Assembly: GCA_043739005.1 (NCBI GenBank)
Contig: JAYUEY010000042.1
Span: 1-58,512 of the forward strand
Length of the DNA: 58,512 nucleotides
Direction of reading: 5' to 3'
Source: Tardiphaga sp.
Lineage (GTDB): Bacteria > Pseudomonadota > Alphaproteobacteria > Rhizobiales > Xanthobacteraceae
Shown: piece by piece, positions 1 through 9,507 of the stretch
Position numbering within the stretch: the first letter of the stretch is position 1
Layout of the letters: the number at the start of each line of letters is the position of its first letter
Position numbers and translations under genes: made by a program
Notes under the pieces: model-generated
What the model saw: only the letters and a program-made list of their open reading frames with translations
Database searches by the model: none
Told to the model about the DNA's origin: nothing

Positions 1-542
1 TTGACGCGCTGGCGCTGGCCGCCGGAAATCTCATGCGGGTAGCGATTGGCAAACGTCTCCGGCCGTAGACCCACTTTGCCGAGCAGATCGCGCGCCAGCA
101 CGCGCGCCGCATTGTCGGCCATGCCATGCACCTTCGGGCCGAACGCTATTGATTCTTCGATGGTGAGACGCGGATTGAGCGAGGCATAGCTATCCTGAAA
201 CACCATCTGCATGCCACGCCGCAACTCGCGCAGGCTCAGTTCGCGGCCCACTTTACGGCCGTCATAGATGATGTCGCCGGCGTCGCGCGGCATCAGATGC
301 ATCAGCAATCGCGCTGTCGTGGATTTGCCGCAGCCGGATTCACCGACGATGCCGACGGTCTCACCCTTGCCGATGGAGAACGTCACGTCATCGACCGCGC
401 GCACGGTCTTGCTCTGGCCGAACATCCCGCCGCGCACCGGGAAATGCTTGGTTAGGCCATCAACGCGCAGCAAAGGCTGCGCGTCGCCGCCGACATCGGC
501 AACGGGTTCGAGCTTATCGACGGCGGTGACGACTTCGATCAT
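1..542 (-). CDS. Oligopeptide/dipeptide ABC transporter ATP-binding subunit (3' end outside window)
   Basis: Hand translation from ATG at 542: MIEVVTAVDK...GIVGESGCGKST (Walker A)...QMVFQDSYASLNPR...YPHEISGGQRQRV (signature). Starts 2 bp after the permease stop. Confidence 0.93.
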   Translation of the reverse strand, partial: MIEVVTAVDKLEPVADVGGDAQPLLRVDGLTKHFPVRGGMFGQSKTVRAVDDVTFSIGKGETVGIVGESGCGKSTTARLLMHLMPRDAGDIIYDGRKVGRELSLRELRRGMQMVFQDSYASLNPRLTIEESIAFGPKVHGMADNAARVLARDLLGKVGLRPETFANRYPHEISGGQRQRV

Positions 543-544
543 GG

Positions 545-1432
545 TCAATTTCGGATATCCATCGCGCTGCGCAGGCCGTCGCTAAGCAAATTAAAACAGA
601 TCGAGACCGCAAATATCATTGCGCCCGGCAGGGCTGCGACCGACGGATTGACGTAGATCGCCGTGCGCAGCGTATTCAGCATCAGGCCCCATTCCGGCTC
701 CGGCGGCTTGGTACCGAGACCGAGAAACGAAAGCCCCGCCGCGAGAATCATCGACACCGAAATCAGCCCGGTCGCATAGACGAAAATCGGCCCGAGCACA
801 TTGCCGAGCATGTGGACGCGCATAATCGTCAGCGCGCTGGCACCGGAGGCGCGCGCGGCATCGACGAAATCCATGTTGCGGACGCCAGTGGTGACGCTTT
901 CCGCGACGCGCGTGATCTGCGGCACGAACACCACTGTCAGCGATACAATCGAATTGACAATGCCCGCGCCGAGAGCGCCGGAGATCGCGATCGCCAACAA
1001 TACCGAGGGGAAAGCGTAGAAAATATCAACCGTGCGCATGATCGCGGTGTTGACCTTGCCGCCGACATAGCCGGCGATGAGACCAAGCGACGTGCCGATG
1101 GTGAAGGCGAGCAACACCGGCAGGATCCCGATCAGCAGCGACAGCCGGCCGCCATAGATCAGGCGTGCGAGCATATCGCGGCCGAGTTCGTCAGTGCCGA
1201 GCGGGTAATTCGGCGTGCCGATAAAACGAAGCCGGCGGATCATCGAGCCTTGATAGGGATTAGCCAGACCAAGATACGGCGCGAAGATTGCCGAGAACAA
1301 AATCAGCAGCAGGATGAACGCGCAAACCATGCTGACCTTGTCGCGCCGAATTCGGCGGCCGACGGTTGCCCAATAGCCGCGCGCCTTTTCGGCCGGGCCG
1401 GTCTGCAAAGCGGTGTCTGACATCGCGCTCAT
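545..1432 (-). CDS. ABC transporter permease, DppC/OppC family
   Basis: LGTDELGRD motif, EAA-like loop FVDAARASGAS, PPEPEWG motif, multiple TM helices. Confidence 0.95.
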   Translation of the reverse strand: MSAMSDTALQTGPAEKARGYWATVGRRIRRDKVSMVCAFILLLILFSAIFAPYLGLANPYQGSMIRRLRFIGTPNYPLGTDELGRDMLARLIYGGRLSLLIGILPVLLAFTIGTSLGLIAGYVGGKVNTAIMRTVDIFYAFPSVLLAIAISGALGAGIVNSIVSLTVVFVPQITRVAESVTTGVRNMDFVDAARASGASALTIMRVHMLGNVLGPIFVYATGLISVSMILAAGLSFLGLGTKPPEPEWGLMLNTLRTAIYVNPSVAALPGAMIFAVSICFNLLSDGLRSAMDIRN

Positions 1433-1435
1433 GAT

Positions 1436-2389
1436 TTACGCCCGCTTGATGCGCGGATCGATCGACGCTTGCGCGATATCGACGATCAGGTTGAGGAATA
1501 CGAAGAACAGCGCCAGCACGAGGATCGTGCCTTGCAACAGCGGCAGATCGCGCTGGAAGATCGCGGAATTCAGCAGCAGGCCCGAGCCCGGCCACGAGAA
1601 CACGGTCTCGATCAGGATCGAGCCGCCGAGCATGTAGCCGAGTTGAAGACCCATCACCGCCAAGGCGGTGGGCGCGGCATTCTTGATGACGTGGCGAAAG
1701 ACGGTAGTTTCCTTCAGACCCTTGGCACGCAACGCTTCGACGAAATCCTGCGAGAGAATGTCGCCGGTCAGCGCGCGCACGGTGCGCGTGACGATGCCCA
1801 TCGGAATCACCGACGTCGTGATCGCGGGCAGTACGAGAAATCTGATGTGCTCCCAATCCCATGCCCATTGGCCGGAACCGCCGGGGCCCGCGCCGACGGC
1901 AGGCAGCCAGTTCAACTGCACGGAGAAGATGATGACCAGCACCATGCCGAGCCAGTAATGCGGCACGGAGACGCCGGCGATGGCAATCGAGGTCGCGACC
2001 TTGTCGATCCAGGTATTGCGGAAATAGCCGGCGATGAGCCCAAAAAACAACCCGAGCGAAAAGCCGATCGCGGCTGCGGCGACGGCAAGCGTGACGGTGT
2101 TGCTGACCGCCCGCAGAACCTCCGCGAGGACGGGGCGTCCGGTCGCGATCGACGCTCCGAGATCGCCATGCAGCGCGCGCCAGAGCCAAAGGCCAAACTG
2201 AACGGGAAGCGGACGATCAAAGCCATAAGCGGCGCGCAGTTGCGCAGCGAGTTCCTGCGATGCGTCAGCAGGCAGGATCGCAACCAGCGGATCGCCCGGC
2301 GTGATGTGAACCAGCATGAAGCACACCAGCGCAACGCTGATGACGATCGGGATCACATAGACGATGCGTCGGATGATATAGACGAGCAC
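1436..2389 (-). CDS. ABC transporter permease, DppB/OppB family
   Basis: PGDP, GFDRPLPVQF, GDLG, DFVEALRAKGL, IETVFSWPG motifs. GTG start. Confidence 0.95.
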   Translation of the reverse strand: MLVYIIRRIVYVIPIVISVALVCFMLVHITPGDPLVAILPADASQELAAQLRAAYGFDRPLPVQFGLWLWRALHGDLGASIATGRPVLAEVLRAVSNTVTLAVAAAAIGFSLGLFFGLIAGYFRNTWIDKVATSIAIAGVSVPHYWLGMVLVIIFSVQLNWLPAVGAGPGGSGQWAWDWEHIRFLVLPAITTSVIPMGIVTRTVRALTGDILSQDFVEALRAKGLKETTVFRHVIKNAAPTALAVMGLQLGYMLGGSILIETVFSWPGSGLLLNSAIFQRDLPLLQGTILVLALFFVFLNLIVDIAQASIDPRIKRA

Positions 2390-2404
2390 GGATAACTTTC
2401 TTGT

Positions 2405-2600
2405 TTCCCTCTCGCGCGCGATGCACTTGCATCGCGTTGTGGGAAAGGGTGGCTTGGACAGCGACGCGATTGCGCCGCCGCGACGGCCGTGTCGGATGAG
2501 GGAGCAAATTCAAACGATGGACTTCTCCTCTCATCCGCCTTCGCTTCGCTCAGGCACCTCTCCCACCGCGCGATGCAAGTGCATCGCGAGGGGAGAGAGC
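2405..2600. repeat. Composite palindromic intergenic element (REP/REPIN-like doublet)
   Basis: 20-nt CGCGATGCACTTGCATCGCG (2417-2436) has its exact inverse at 2569-2588. Each arm is itself a hairpin. Inner imperfect IR CGGATGAGGGAG / CTCCTCTCATCCG. Confidence 0.8.
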
Positions 2601-2612
2601 AAGACAATCAGA

Positions 2613-4280
2613 CTACGGCGCCATCGACACCGGAGAAAAGTCGACGAACCAGCTCTTTGGTTGCACGAAGCCCTTGACCTTCGGGCTCATCGCGCGCGGG
2701 CCGACATCGTGCGCCACATAGAGGAACGCCGCGTCATCGACCGAGGCCGCATGCAGTTCTGCCAACGCCTCGTCGCGCGCCTTGGCATCGAACGTGGTGC
2801 GGGCTTTCTTCACCAACTCATCGAATTTCGGATTGTTGATGTAACCCCAATTGTTCGAGACCGGCGGTGCCATTGACGATTGCAGAAAGCGCACCAATGC
2901 AAAGAACGGATCCATTGCTGCATAGGTCACGTTGGTCGCGTTCGCGCCATTGGCCGATGGATCCTTGGTGCCGCGACGCCAATTGGTGAACAACGTGTTC
3001 CATTCGATGACATCGAGCGAGACGTCGAAGTAGCACTCGGCGAGGGCCTGCTGCAGATATTCGTTCATCGGAAGTGGCAGCATCTGGCCGGAACCAGATG
3101 CGGATGTCTGAATCTTCACTGCGAGCTTTTTGTTCGGGCCAAAGCCGGCTTCCTTCATCAGCTTCTGCGCACCTGCAAGATCGTATTTGATCTCGAATGT
3201 CGGCTTGCCGCGCCACGGATGACCCGGCTCGAAAGTGCCGGACGCCGGCACCATCAGCCCAGCGAGAAGCCCATCCTTCAGGCCTTCTCGATCGATGCAA
3301 AGATTGGCCGCCTTGCGGACGCGGATATCGTTCCACGGCGAGCCTTCGACGCGCGAAAACTGCCACGGCCAGACATGCGGCTGCTCATTTTTGTAAATGA
3401 CGAAGCCGCGCTGCGTGATCTGCGGTACGGCGTCGGGCGCAGGCGCTTCGATCCAGTCCACCTGCCCCGACAGCAAAGCGGATGTCCGCGCATTGGCTTC
3501 CGGGATCGGCAGCAGCAGCATCTTATCGACCTTAGGCACGCGATCCTTGTCCCAGTACTTTTCGTTTTTCACCAGTTCGAGCCGCTCGCGCGGCGTGAAC
3601 TTCGACATGACCCAGGGTCCGGTTCCAGACGCTTCGCGCGCGAAGGCCGCCCATGCGGCTTGCGACTTCGCTTTCGCATCGGCGCCGTCGGCAGACTCGT
3701 AGAACTTCTGCCACTTGGCCGGGCTCGCCATAAACAGATTGGTAAGATTGATCGGCAGGAAGGAATCCGGCTCCTTCGTCGTCAGCTCCACCGTCATATC
3801 GTCGATCTTTTCCGCTGAAGCCAATGTTGGCATCCGCGATGCGGTGACGCCGACCTGGCTCGCATCGAATTGCGGAGCGTCCTGCTTCAGCACCTTCTCA
3901 ACGTTCCACACGACAGCGTCGGCATTGAACGGCGAGCCATCATGGAAGGTGACGCCCGGACGCAACTTGAATATCCATTTGGTCTTGTCGGAGGCATCGA
4001 CCGCCCATTCGGTCGCCAGTCCGGGCACGACCGTGCTCGCCTTGGTTGCCGACGATAGGTCCCACATCGTCAGGCCGTCATACATTGTGACGCCGGTGAA
4101 GCGATTGCCTTCGAAGCCCTGATCCGGCTGACCAAGGGTTCGCGGGATATCGGCGGCCGTCATGCCGATACGGAGCGTTGTTTCAGCGCGCGTGACCTGC
4201 GGCAGCGTCAACGCCGTCGCGACCGTTAATAATGCGATCGCGGTGGCAGTGCGGCGTCTCGCATATTTTAGAATGGGCAT
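2613..4280 (-). CDS. ABC transporter substrate-binding protein, family 5 (peptide/nickel)
   Basis: Signal peptide; PGLATEW, LRPGVTFHDGSPF, SGTGPW and DIRVRKA motifs. Confidence 0.95.
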   Translation of the reverse strand: MPILKYARRRTATAIALLTVATALTLPQVTRAETTLRIGMTAADIPRTLGQPDQGFEGNRFTGVTMYDGLTMWDLSSATKASTVVPGLATEWAVDASDKTKWIFKLRPGVTFHDGSPFNADAVVWNVEKVLKQDAPQFDASQVGVTASRMPTLASAEKIDDMTVELTTKEPDSFLPINLTNLFMASPAKWQKFYESADGADAKAKSQAAWAAFAREASGTGPWVMSKFTPRERLELVKNEKYWDKDRVPKVDKMLLLPIPEANARTSALLSGQVDWIEAPAPDAVPQITQRGFVIYKNEQPHVWPWQFSRVEGSPWNDIRVRKAANLCIDREGLKDGLLAGLMVPASGTFEPGHPWRGKPTFEIKYDLAGAQKLMKEAGFGPNKKLAVKIQTSASGSGQMLPLPMNEYLQQALAECYFDVSLDVIEWNTLFTNWRRGTKDPSANGANATNVTYAAMDPFFALVRFLQSSMAPPVSNNWGYINNPKFDELVKKARTTFDAKARDEALAELHAASVDDAAFLYVAHDVGPRAMSPKVKGFVQPKSWFVDFSPVSMAP

Positions 4281-4314
4281 CTGACATCCTCTTTGGACAA
4301 CTGGCTAATTTGTA

Positions 4315-4330
4315 TGCAACGGCCATGCCA
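4315..4330 (-). promoter_or_regulatory. Sigma-54 (-24/-12) promoter for the leftward ABC operon
   Basis: Minus strand reads TGGCAT-GGCCG-TTGCA, about 35 bp upstream of the ATG at 4280. Confidence 0.75.
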
Positions 4331-4411
4331 AGGTGGCACTGTCGATGGCTGATGTCACGCGCCGATGAAAAATGCGGCAAAAGACCGCCGTAAAAGACGA
4401 AATGCATACGA

Positions 4412-4427
4412 TGGCACCAGCCTTGCA
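4412..4427 (+). promoter_or_regulatory. Sigma-54 (-24/-12) promoter for the rightward binding-protein gene
   Basis: TGGCAC-CAGCC-TTGCA matches the RpoN consensus, 38 bp upstream of the ATG at 4466. Confidence 0.8.
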
Positions 4428-4465
4428 AGACAAACGGCACTTTCCTCTCCCGGAGTTCTGTTTTC

Positions 4466-6064
4466 ATGCCTCGTCGTCATTCGCTTCTCGCCGCCGCATT
4501 GGCATTGTCATTCGCAGCGGTGCTGCCCGCGAAAGCGGAAACAGTGGTGCGCTACGGCATATCGCTGGCCGACATTCCGCTGACGACGGGCCAGCCCGAC
4601 CGCGGTGCCGGCGGCTATCAATTCACCGGCTATACGATCTACGATCCGCTCGTCGCTTGGGAGATGAATGTCTCCGATCGGCCAGGCAAACTCGTGCCCG
4701 GTCTCGCGACCGAATGGAAAGTGGATGATACCGACAAGAAGAAGTGGCGCTTCACGCTGCGCAAGGGCGTAAAATTCCACGATGGCAGCGACTTCACCGC
4801 CGACGCTGTGATCTGGAATTTCGACAAGGTTCTGAACGACAAGGCGCCGCAGTTTGACAAGCGGCAAGCCGCGCAGGTAAAAATTCGCCTGCCTTCTGTC
4901 GCGAGCTACGCCAAGATCGACGACTCGACGATCGAAGTGACGACCAAGGCGGTCGATTCGCTTTTTCCCTATCAGATGCTGTGGTTTCTCGTCTCAAGCC
5001 CGGCGCAATATGACAAGGTCGGCAAGGACTGGGACAAGTTTGCCGGCGCCCCATCCGGCACCGGACCCTTCAAGCTGACGAAACTGGTCCCACGCGAACT
5101 CGCCGAACTGACAAAAAACGCCGATTACTGGGACAAGAGCCGCATGTCGAAAACTGACAAGCTCGTTCTTATTCCGATGCCGGACGCCTTGACGCGCACC
5201 AATGCGCTGCTCTCGGGTCAGGTCGATCTGATCGAGACACCCGCGCCGGACGCTGTACCGCAGTTGAAATCGGCCGGTATGAAGATTGTCGACAACATCA
5301 CGCCGCATGTCTGGAATTATCACTTAAGCGTGCTGCCCGGCTCGCCCTGGACCGATGTGCGCTTACGCAAAGCACTCAATCTTGCGATTGATCGCGATGC
5401 GGTCGTCGCGTTGATGAACGGCCTCGCAAAGCCTGCGATCGGTCAGGTCGATCCGTCGAGCCCATGGTTCGGCAAACCGACTTTCAAGATCAAATACGAT
5501 CTCGCCGAAGCCAAGAAGCTCGTGAAGGAAGCCGGGTATTCACCCGAGAAGCCGCTGAAGGCGACCTTCATCATCGCCAACGGCGGCACCGGCCAAATGC
5601 TGTCACTGCCGATCAACGAATTCCTGCAACAGAGCTTCAAGGAAATCGGCATCGATATCGATTTCAAGGTGGTCGAGCTCGAAGTGCTCTATACCGCGTG
5701 GCGTAAAGGCGCGGCCGATGAAAGCATGGCCGGCATCACGGCGAACAACATCGCTTATGTAACGTCCGATCCGCTTTACGCGATCGTCCGCTTCTTCGAT
5801 TCGCGTCAGATCGCGCCGGTCGGCGTCAACTGGGGCGGCTACAAGAATCCGAAAGTCGATGCTCTGATCGACGAGGCCAAGCAGACGTTCGATGCAAAGA
5901 AACAGGACGAGCTGGTAGCGGAAGCGGATTCGCTGATCGTTGACGATGCGCCGCTGGTCTGGGTCGTTCACGACACCAACCCGCATGCGCTGTCGCCGAA
6001 GGTGACCAAATTCGTGCAGGCGCAGCACTGGTTTCAGGATCTGACGACCATCGGAATGGAGTGA
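4466..6064 (+). CDS. ABC transporter substrate-binding protein, family 5 (paralog of 2613..4280)
   Basis: Signal peptide; PGLATEW, LRKGVKFHDGS, SGTGPF. Shares GQPD, PAPDAVPQ, PHVW and GQML blocks with the divergent gene. Confidence 0.95.
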   Translation: MPRRHSLLAAALALSFAAVLPAKAETVVRYGISLADIPLTTGQPDRGAGGYQFTGYTIYDPLVAWEMNVSDRPGKLVPGLATEWKVDDTDKKKWRFTLRKGVKFHDGSDFTADAVIWNFDKVLNDKAPQFDKRQAAQVKIRLPSVASYAKIDDSTIEVTTKAVDSLFPYQMLWFLVSSPAQYDKVGKDWDKFAGAPSGTGPFKLTKLVPRELAELTKNADYWDKSRMSKTDKLVLIPMPDALTRTNALLSGQVDLIETPAPDAVPQLKSAGMKIVDNITPHVWNYHLSVLPGSPWTDVRLRKALNLAIDRDAVVALMNGLAKPAIGQVDPSSPWFGKPTFKIKYDLAEAKKLVKEAGYSPEKPLKATFIIANGGTGQMLSLPINEFLQQSFKEIGIDIDFKVVELEVLYTAWRKGAADESMAGITANNIAYVTSDPLYAIVRFFDSRQIAPVGVNWGGYKNPKVDALIDEAKQTFDAKKQDELVAEADSLIVDDAPLVWVVHDTNPHALSPKVTKFVQAQHWFQDLTTIGME

Positions 6065-6070
6065 GACTTT

Positions 6071-6162
6071 TTGTCATTCCGGGATGCTCGGATGTGCAAT
6101 TGCATCTGTGGCTTGAACCACACGGCGGCTACGCCGACGAGCGGTTCATCCCGGAATGACAA
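6071..6162. repeat. GTCATTCCGGG-type palindromic element between convergent genes (may act as terminator)
   Basis: Perfect 16-bp IR TTGTCATTCCGGGATG (6071-6086) / CATCCCGGAATGACAA (6147-6162), with internal GATGTGCAATTGCATC. Confidence 0.8.
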
Positions 6163-6166
6163 CCAC

Positions 6167-7144
6167 TCAAACGATCGCATTGGTCGGCGTGACGCGATCG
6201 ACGATCTGCTGCCCGAATAAGCTCGCGACCAGCTCGACGGCGACACGCGCCGTCTTGCCGCGCTCATCCAGAAACGGATTGAGCTCGACGATATCGACCG
6301 ACTTGACCAGCCCTGAATCGTGAAGCAACTCCATCACCAGATGCGCCTCGCGATAGCTCGCGCCGCCCGGCACCAACGTTCCAACTCCCGGTGCCAGTTG
6401 CGGATCGAGAAAATCCATATCGAACGACACATGCAGCACGCCGTTGCGCGCCTTCACCTTCTCGATGATCCGGCGAATGGGAACGCCGACGCCGAACTCG
6501 TCGATGTGCCGCATATCGACAACATTGATCTTGCGCTCGCGTACCAGTTGTTTCTCACGCGGATCGATCGAACGGATGCCGAACAGGTCGAGATTGTCCG
6601 GCCGAATGCTCGCGCGCGGCTCATCGCCGAGCAGCGCATCGAGACCCGGTTCGCCACAGAGAAAGGCCGACGACATGCCATGCATGTTGCCGGACGGCGT
6701 GATCGCAGGGGTGTTGTAATCGGCATGCGCATCGAGCCACAACACGAATAATTCGCGACCTTGCTCGTGCCAATGCCGCGCGACGCCGTTGACCGAACCC
6801 ATCGACAGCGAATGATCGCCACCCATGAAGATGGGTGTCGCACCTGAGCGCGCGATCACATAAGCCTTGGCGCTGATGGTGCGGATCCAGCCCTGAATCT
6901 CGCGATAATTTTTTGCGTTTTCGGGCGGCTTATCGTTGAGAAACTTCAGAATATCGACAGCGAGATCGCCGTAATCGTCGACGCGAAAGCCAAGCGTCTG
7001 CAACACCGGGCCAAGGCCTGCCGTGCGCAACGCCGCCGGCCCCATCAAAGTGCCGCGCTGCGATGCGCCGACGTCGACGGGCACGCCGAGCAAGCCGATC
7101 CGCAGCGGCATTCTGATCGACGGCGTGTCGTTTGGTGTCGTCAT
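6167..7144 (-). CDS. rocF: Arginase
   Basis: GGDHS, DAHAD, SGNMHGM, SFDMDFLDP and VELNPFLD Mn-binding motifs. Confidence 0.93.
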   Translation of the reverse strand: MTTPNDTPSIRMPLRIGLLGVPVDVGASQRGTLMGPAALRTAGLGPVLQTLGFRVDDYGDLAVDILKFLNDKPPENAKNYREIQGWIRTISAKAYVIARSGATPIFMGGDHSLSMGSVNGVARHWHEQGRELFVLWLDAHADYNTPAITPSGNMHGMSSAFLCGEPGLDALLGDEPRASIRPDNLDLFGIRSIDPREKQLVRERKINVVDMRHIDEFGVGVPIRRIIEKVKARNGVLHVSFDMDFLDPQLAPGVGTLVPGGASYREAHLVMELLHDSGLVKSVDIVELNPFLDERGKTARVAVELVASLFGQQIVDRVTPTNAIV

Positions 7145-7219
7145 GACGATCCCTCCTGTGGTCGGCTCGATATAGGCGAGATGGGAATGAAAAAAATGAT
7201 GGCAACATGCGCCGCTTGC

Positions 7220-7244
7220 GCAACGGATTGCAGCCGCCGACGTT
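7220..7244 (+). promoter_or_regulatory. Putative sigma-EcfG (general stress) promoter of glgX
   Basis: GCAAC-N16-CGTT, one mismatch from GGAAC-N16-CGTT. Confidence 0.5.
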
Positions 7245-7275
7245 AGCAGTCGTCGCGTAGCGGCGGTTTTTTCAT

Positions 7276-9417
7276 ATGTTTTCGGGGGCGACCGTGACTG
7301 ATCAATTAAACGACATCAGCCAGCGTATGGAAGAGGGCCTGCCCTATCCGCTCGGCGCGCACTGGAACGGCCAGGGTACGAATTTCGCATTGTTCTCTGC
7401 CAACGCTACCAAAGTCGAGGTCTGTTTCTTTGATGGCGACACCGAAACACGCGTCGAACTGCCAGAATACACCGATCAGATTTTTCACGGCTACATTCCT
7501 GACATCGGCCCCGGCTCGTTTTATGGCTACCGCGTCCACGGACCCTATGAGCCGACCAAAGGTCATCGTTTTAACCCGAACAAGCTGCTGCTCGATCCCT
7601 ATGCCCGCGCCCATGCCGGCGAACTGACATGGAATCCGGCCGTGTTCGGCTACAAAATGGAGAGCGGCGACGATACGACGTTCGATGACCGCGATAGCGC
7701 ACCCTTCATGCCGAAATGCGTGATCGTCGATCCTAATTTTGATTGGACCGGCGAAGACACCCGCCCCAACGTGTCATGGGACGAAACGACGATTTACGAA
7801 ACCCACGTGAAGGGCTTCACCAAGCAGCATTATGGCGTGCCTGAACATCTGCGAGGCACTTATAAGGGCTTCGGCACGCAGCCGGTGGTCGATTATATCA
7901 AGGCGCTCGGCGTGACGTCGGTCGAACTGTTGCCGGTGCATACTTTCATCAATGACGACAATCTGCTGGAGAAGAAACTTAAAAATTACTGGGGCTACAA
8001 TACGATCGGGTTCTTCGCGCCCGATCCGCGTTACGCCTCGGACGTGCCGAACTCATTGCGCGAATTCAAGGAGATGGTTGCACGTCTGCATGCTGCAGGT
8101 CTCGAAGTGATTCTCGATGTCGTTTACAATCACACGGCTGAAGGCAATCAACTTGGGCCAACGCTATCGTTCAAGGGCATCGACAATGCCAGCTATTACC
8201 GGTTGCCTGAAAACAAGCGGCACTACATCAATGACACCGGCACCGGCAACACCGTCAACCTGTCGCATCCCCGCGTGATCCAGATGGTGACGGACTCGTT
8301 ACGCTACTGGGCTGAGCAGATGCATATCGACGGTTTCCGCTTCGATCTCGGCACCATCCTCGCACGAGAGGTGAACGGCTTCGACAATCGCAGCGGTTTT
8401 CTCAAAGCCGTCGATCAGGATCCAGTGCTGCGCCCGATCAAACTTATCGCCGAGCCGTGGGATTGCGGTCCGGGCGGCTATCAGGTCGGTGAATTTCCGC
8501 CGGGCTGGGCGGAGTGGAACGATAAATTTCGCGACGATACGCGCAGCTTCTGGCGAAGCGACCTCGGCGTCGGCGCTTATGTAAAGCGACTATGCGGCTC
8601 CGCTGAACTGTTTCGCGAACTCGGCCGCCGCACGTGGGCCAGCGTCAATTTCATCACGGCGCATGATGGATTTACGCTGAACGACTGGGCGAGTTATGAC
8701 GACAAGCACAATGAGGCCAACGGCGAGAACAATACGGACGGAAGTTCAAACAACCGCTCGTGGAATTGCGGTGTCGAAGGACCAACTGACGATGCCGCGA
8801 TCAACGCGCTGCGCAATCGCCAGAAACGCAACATGCTGGCAACGCTTTTCTTTGCACAGGGCACACCCATGCTGCTCGCCGGCGACGAATTTGCGCGTAC
8901 GCAACATGGCAATAACAATGCCTATTGCCAGGACTCCGAGATTTCATGGCTGAACTGGCATCTCGACCCGGATGCCGAGAAACTTCTGGCCTTCACCAAA
9001 ACGCTGATCAAGCTGCGTAAGGACTATCCGGCGCTGCGCCGCAGCCGCTTTTTGAATGGCTCGTATGACGACAAGCTCGGCGTGCGCGACGTGACATGGA
9101 TCAACGCCGATGGTGGCGAGATGCAGAGCGCACAATGGGACGACACAAGCACGAAATGCGTCGGCATGCTGCTCGACGGACGAGCGCAGAAAACCGGCAT
9201 CCGAAAGCTCGCCAACGAAAGGTCGATGCTGCTGGTGCTGAACGGTCACTGGGATCCCGTGGATTTCAAATTACCTGAAGCAACGGGAGGCCAGCATTGG
9301 TCGCTGTTGATCGACACCAATATGGATGCCGCGCCGCCAGCTGAAGAACATTTCAGTTTCGGCGATGTCTACCTATTGACGGGGCGATCGGTGCTGCTGT
9401 TTACGCTGAGCGCGTGA
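7276..9417 (+). CDS. glgX: Glycogen debranching enzyme GlgX/TreX (GH13); true start may be GTG 7294 or ATG 7327
   Basis: PYPLGA, NYWGY, DVVYNHT, DGFRFDL, IAEPWD, TAHDGF and GNNNAYCQD motifs. Confidence 0.96.
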   Translation: MFSGATVTDQLNDISQRMEEGLPYPLGAHWNGQGTNFALFSANATKVEVCFFDGDTETRVELPEYTDQIFHGYIPDIGPGSFYGYRVHGPYEPTKGHRFNPNKLLLDPYARAHAGELTWNPAVFGYKMESGDDTTFDDRDSAPFMPKCVIVDPNFDWTGEDTRPNVSWDETTIYETHVKGFTKQHYGVPEHLRGTYKGFGTQPVVDYIKALGVTSVELLPVHTFINDDNLLEKKLKNYWGYNTIGFFAPDPRYASDVPNSLREFKEMVARLHAAGLEVILDVVYNHTAEGNQLGPTLSFKGIDNASYYRLPENKRHYINDTGTGNTVNLSHPRVIQMVTDSLRYWAEQMHIDGFRFDLGTILAREVNGFDNRSGFLKAVDQDPVLRPIKLIAEPWDCGPGGYQVGEFPPGWAEWNDKFRDDTRSFWRSDLGVGAYVKRLCGSAELFRELGRRTWASVNFITAHDGFTLNDWASYDDKHNEANGENNTDGSSNNRSWNCGVEGPTDDAAINALRNRQKRNMLATLFFAQGTPMLLAGDEFARTQHGNNNAYCQDSEISWLNWHLDPDAEKLLAFTKTLIKLRKDYPALRRSRFLNGSYDDKLGVRDVTWINADGGEMQSAQWDDTSTKCVGMLLDGRAQKTGIRKLANERSMLLVLNGHWDPVDFKLPEATGGQHWSLLIDTNMDAAPPAEEHFSFGDVYLLTGRSVLLFTLSA

Positions 9418-9507
9418 CCGCGTGTTTGCGGGCCGCTTGCTGATCTTGCGCAGACCTCTGCATTGCATCGACCAGCATTCGATGCTGGAATGTGTGCAGG
9501 AGTTCCC

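Noticed and set aside
7233-7272. Terminator or attenuator-like hairpin with U6 upstream of glgX
   Set aside because: Its 5' arm overlaps the candidate EcfG promoter and would not be transcribed from it. The stem is interrupted and the loop is large.
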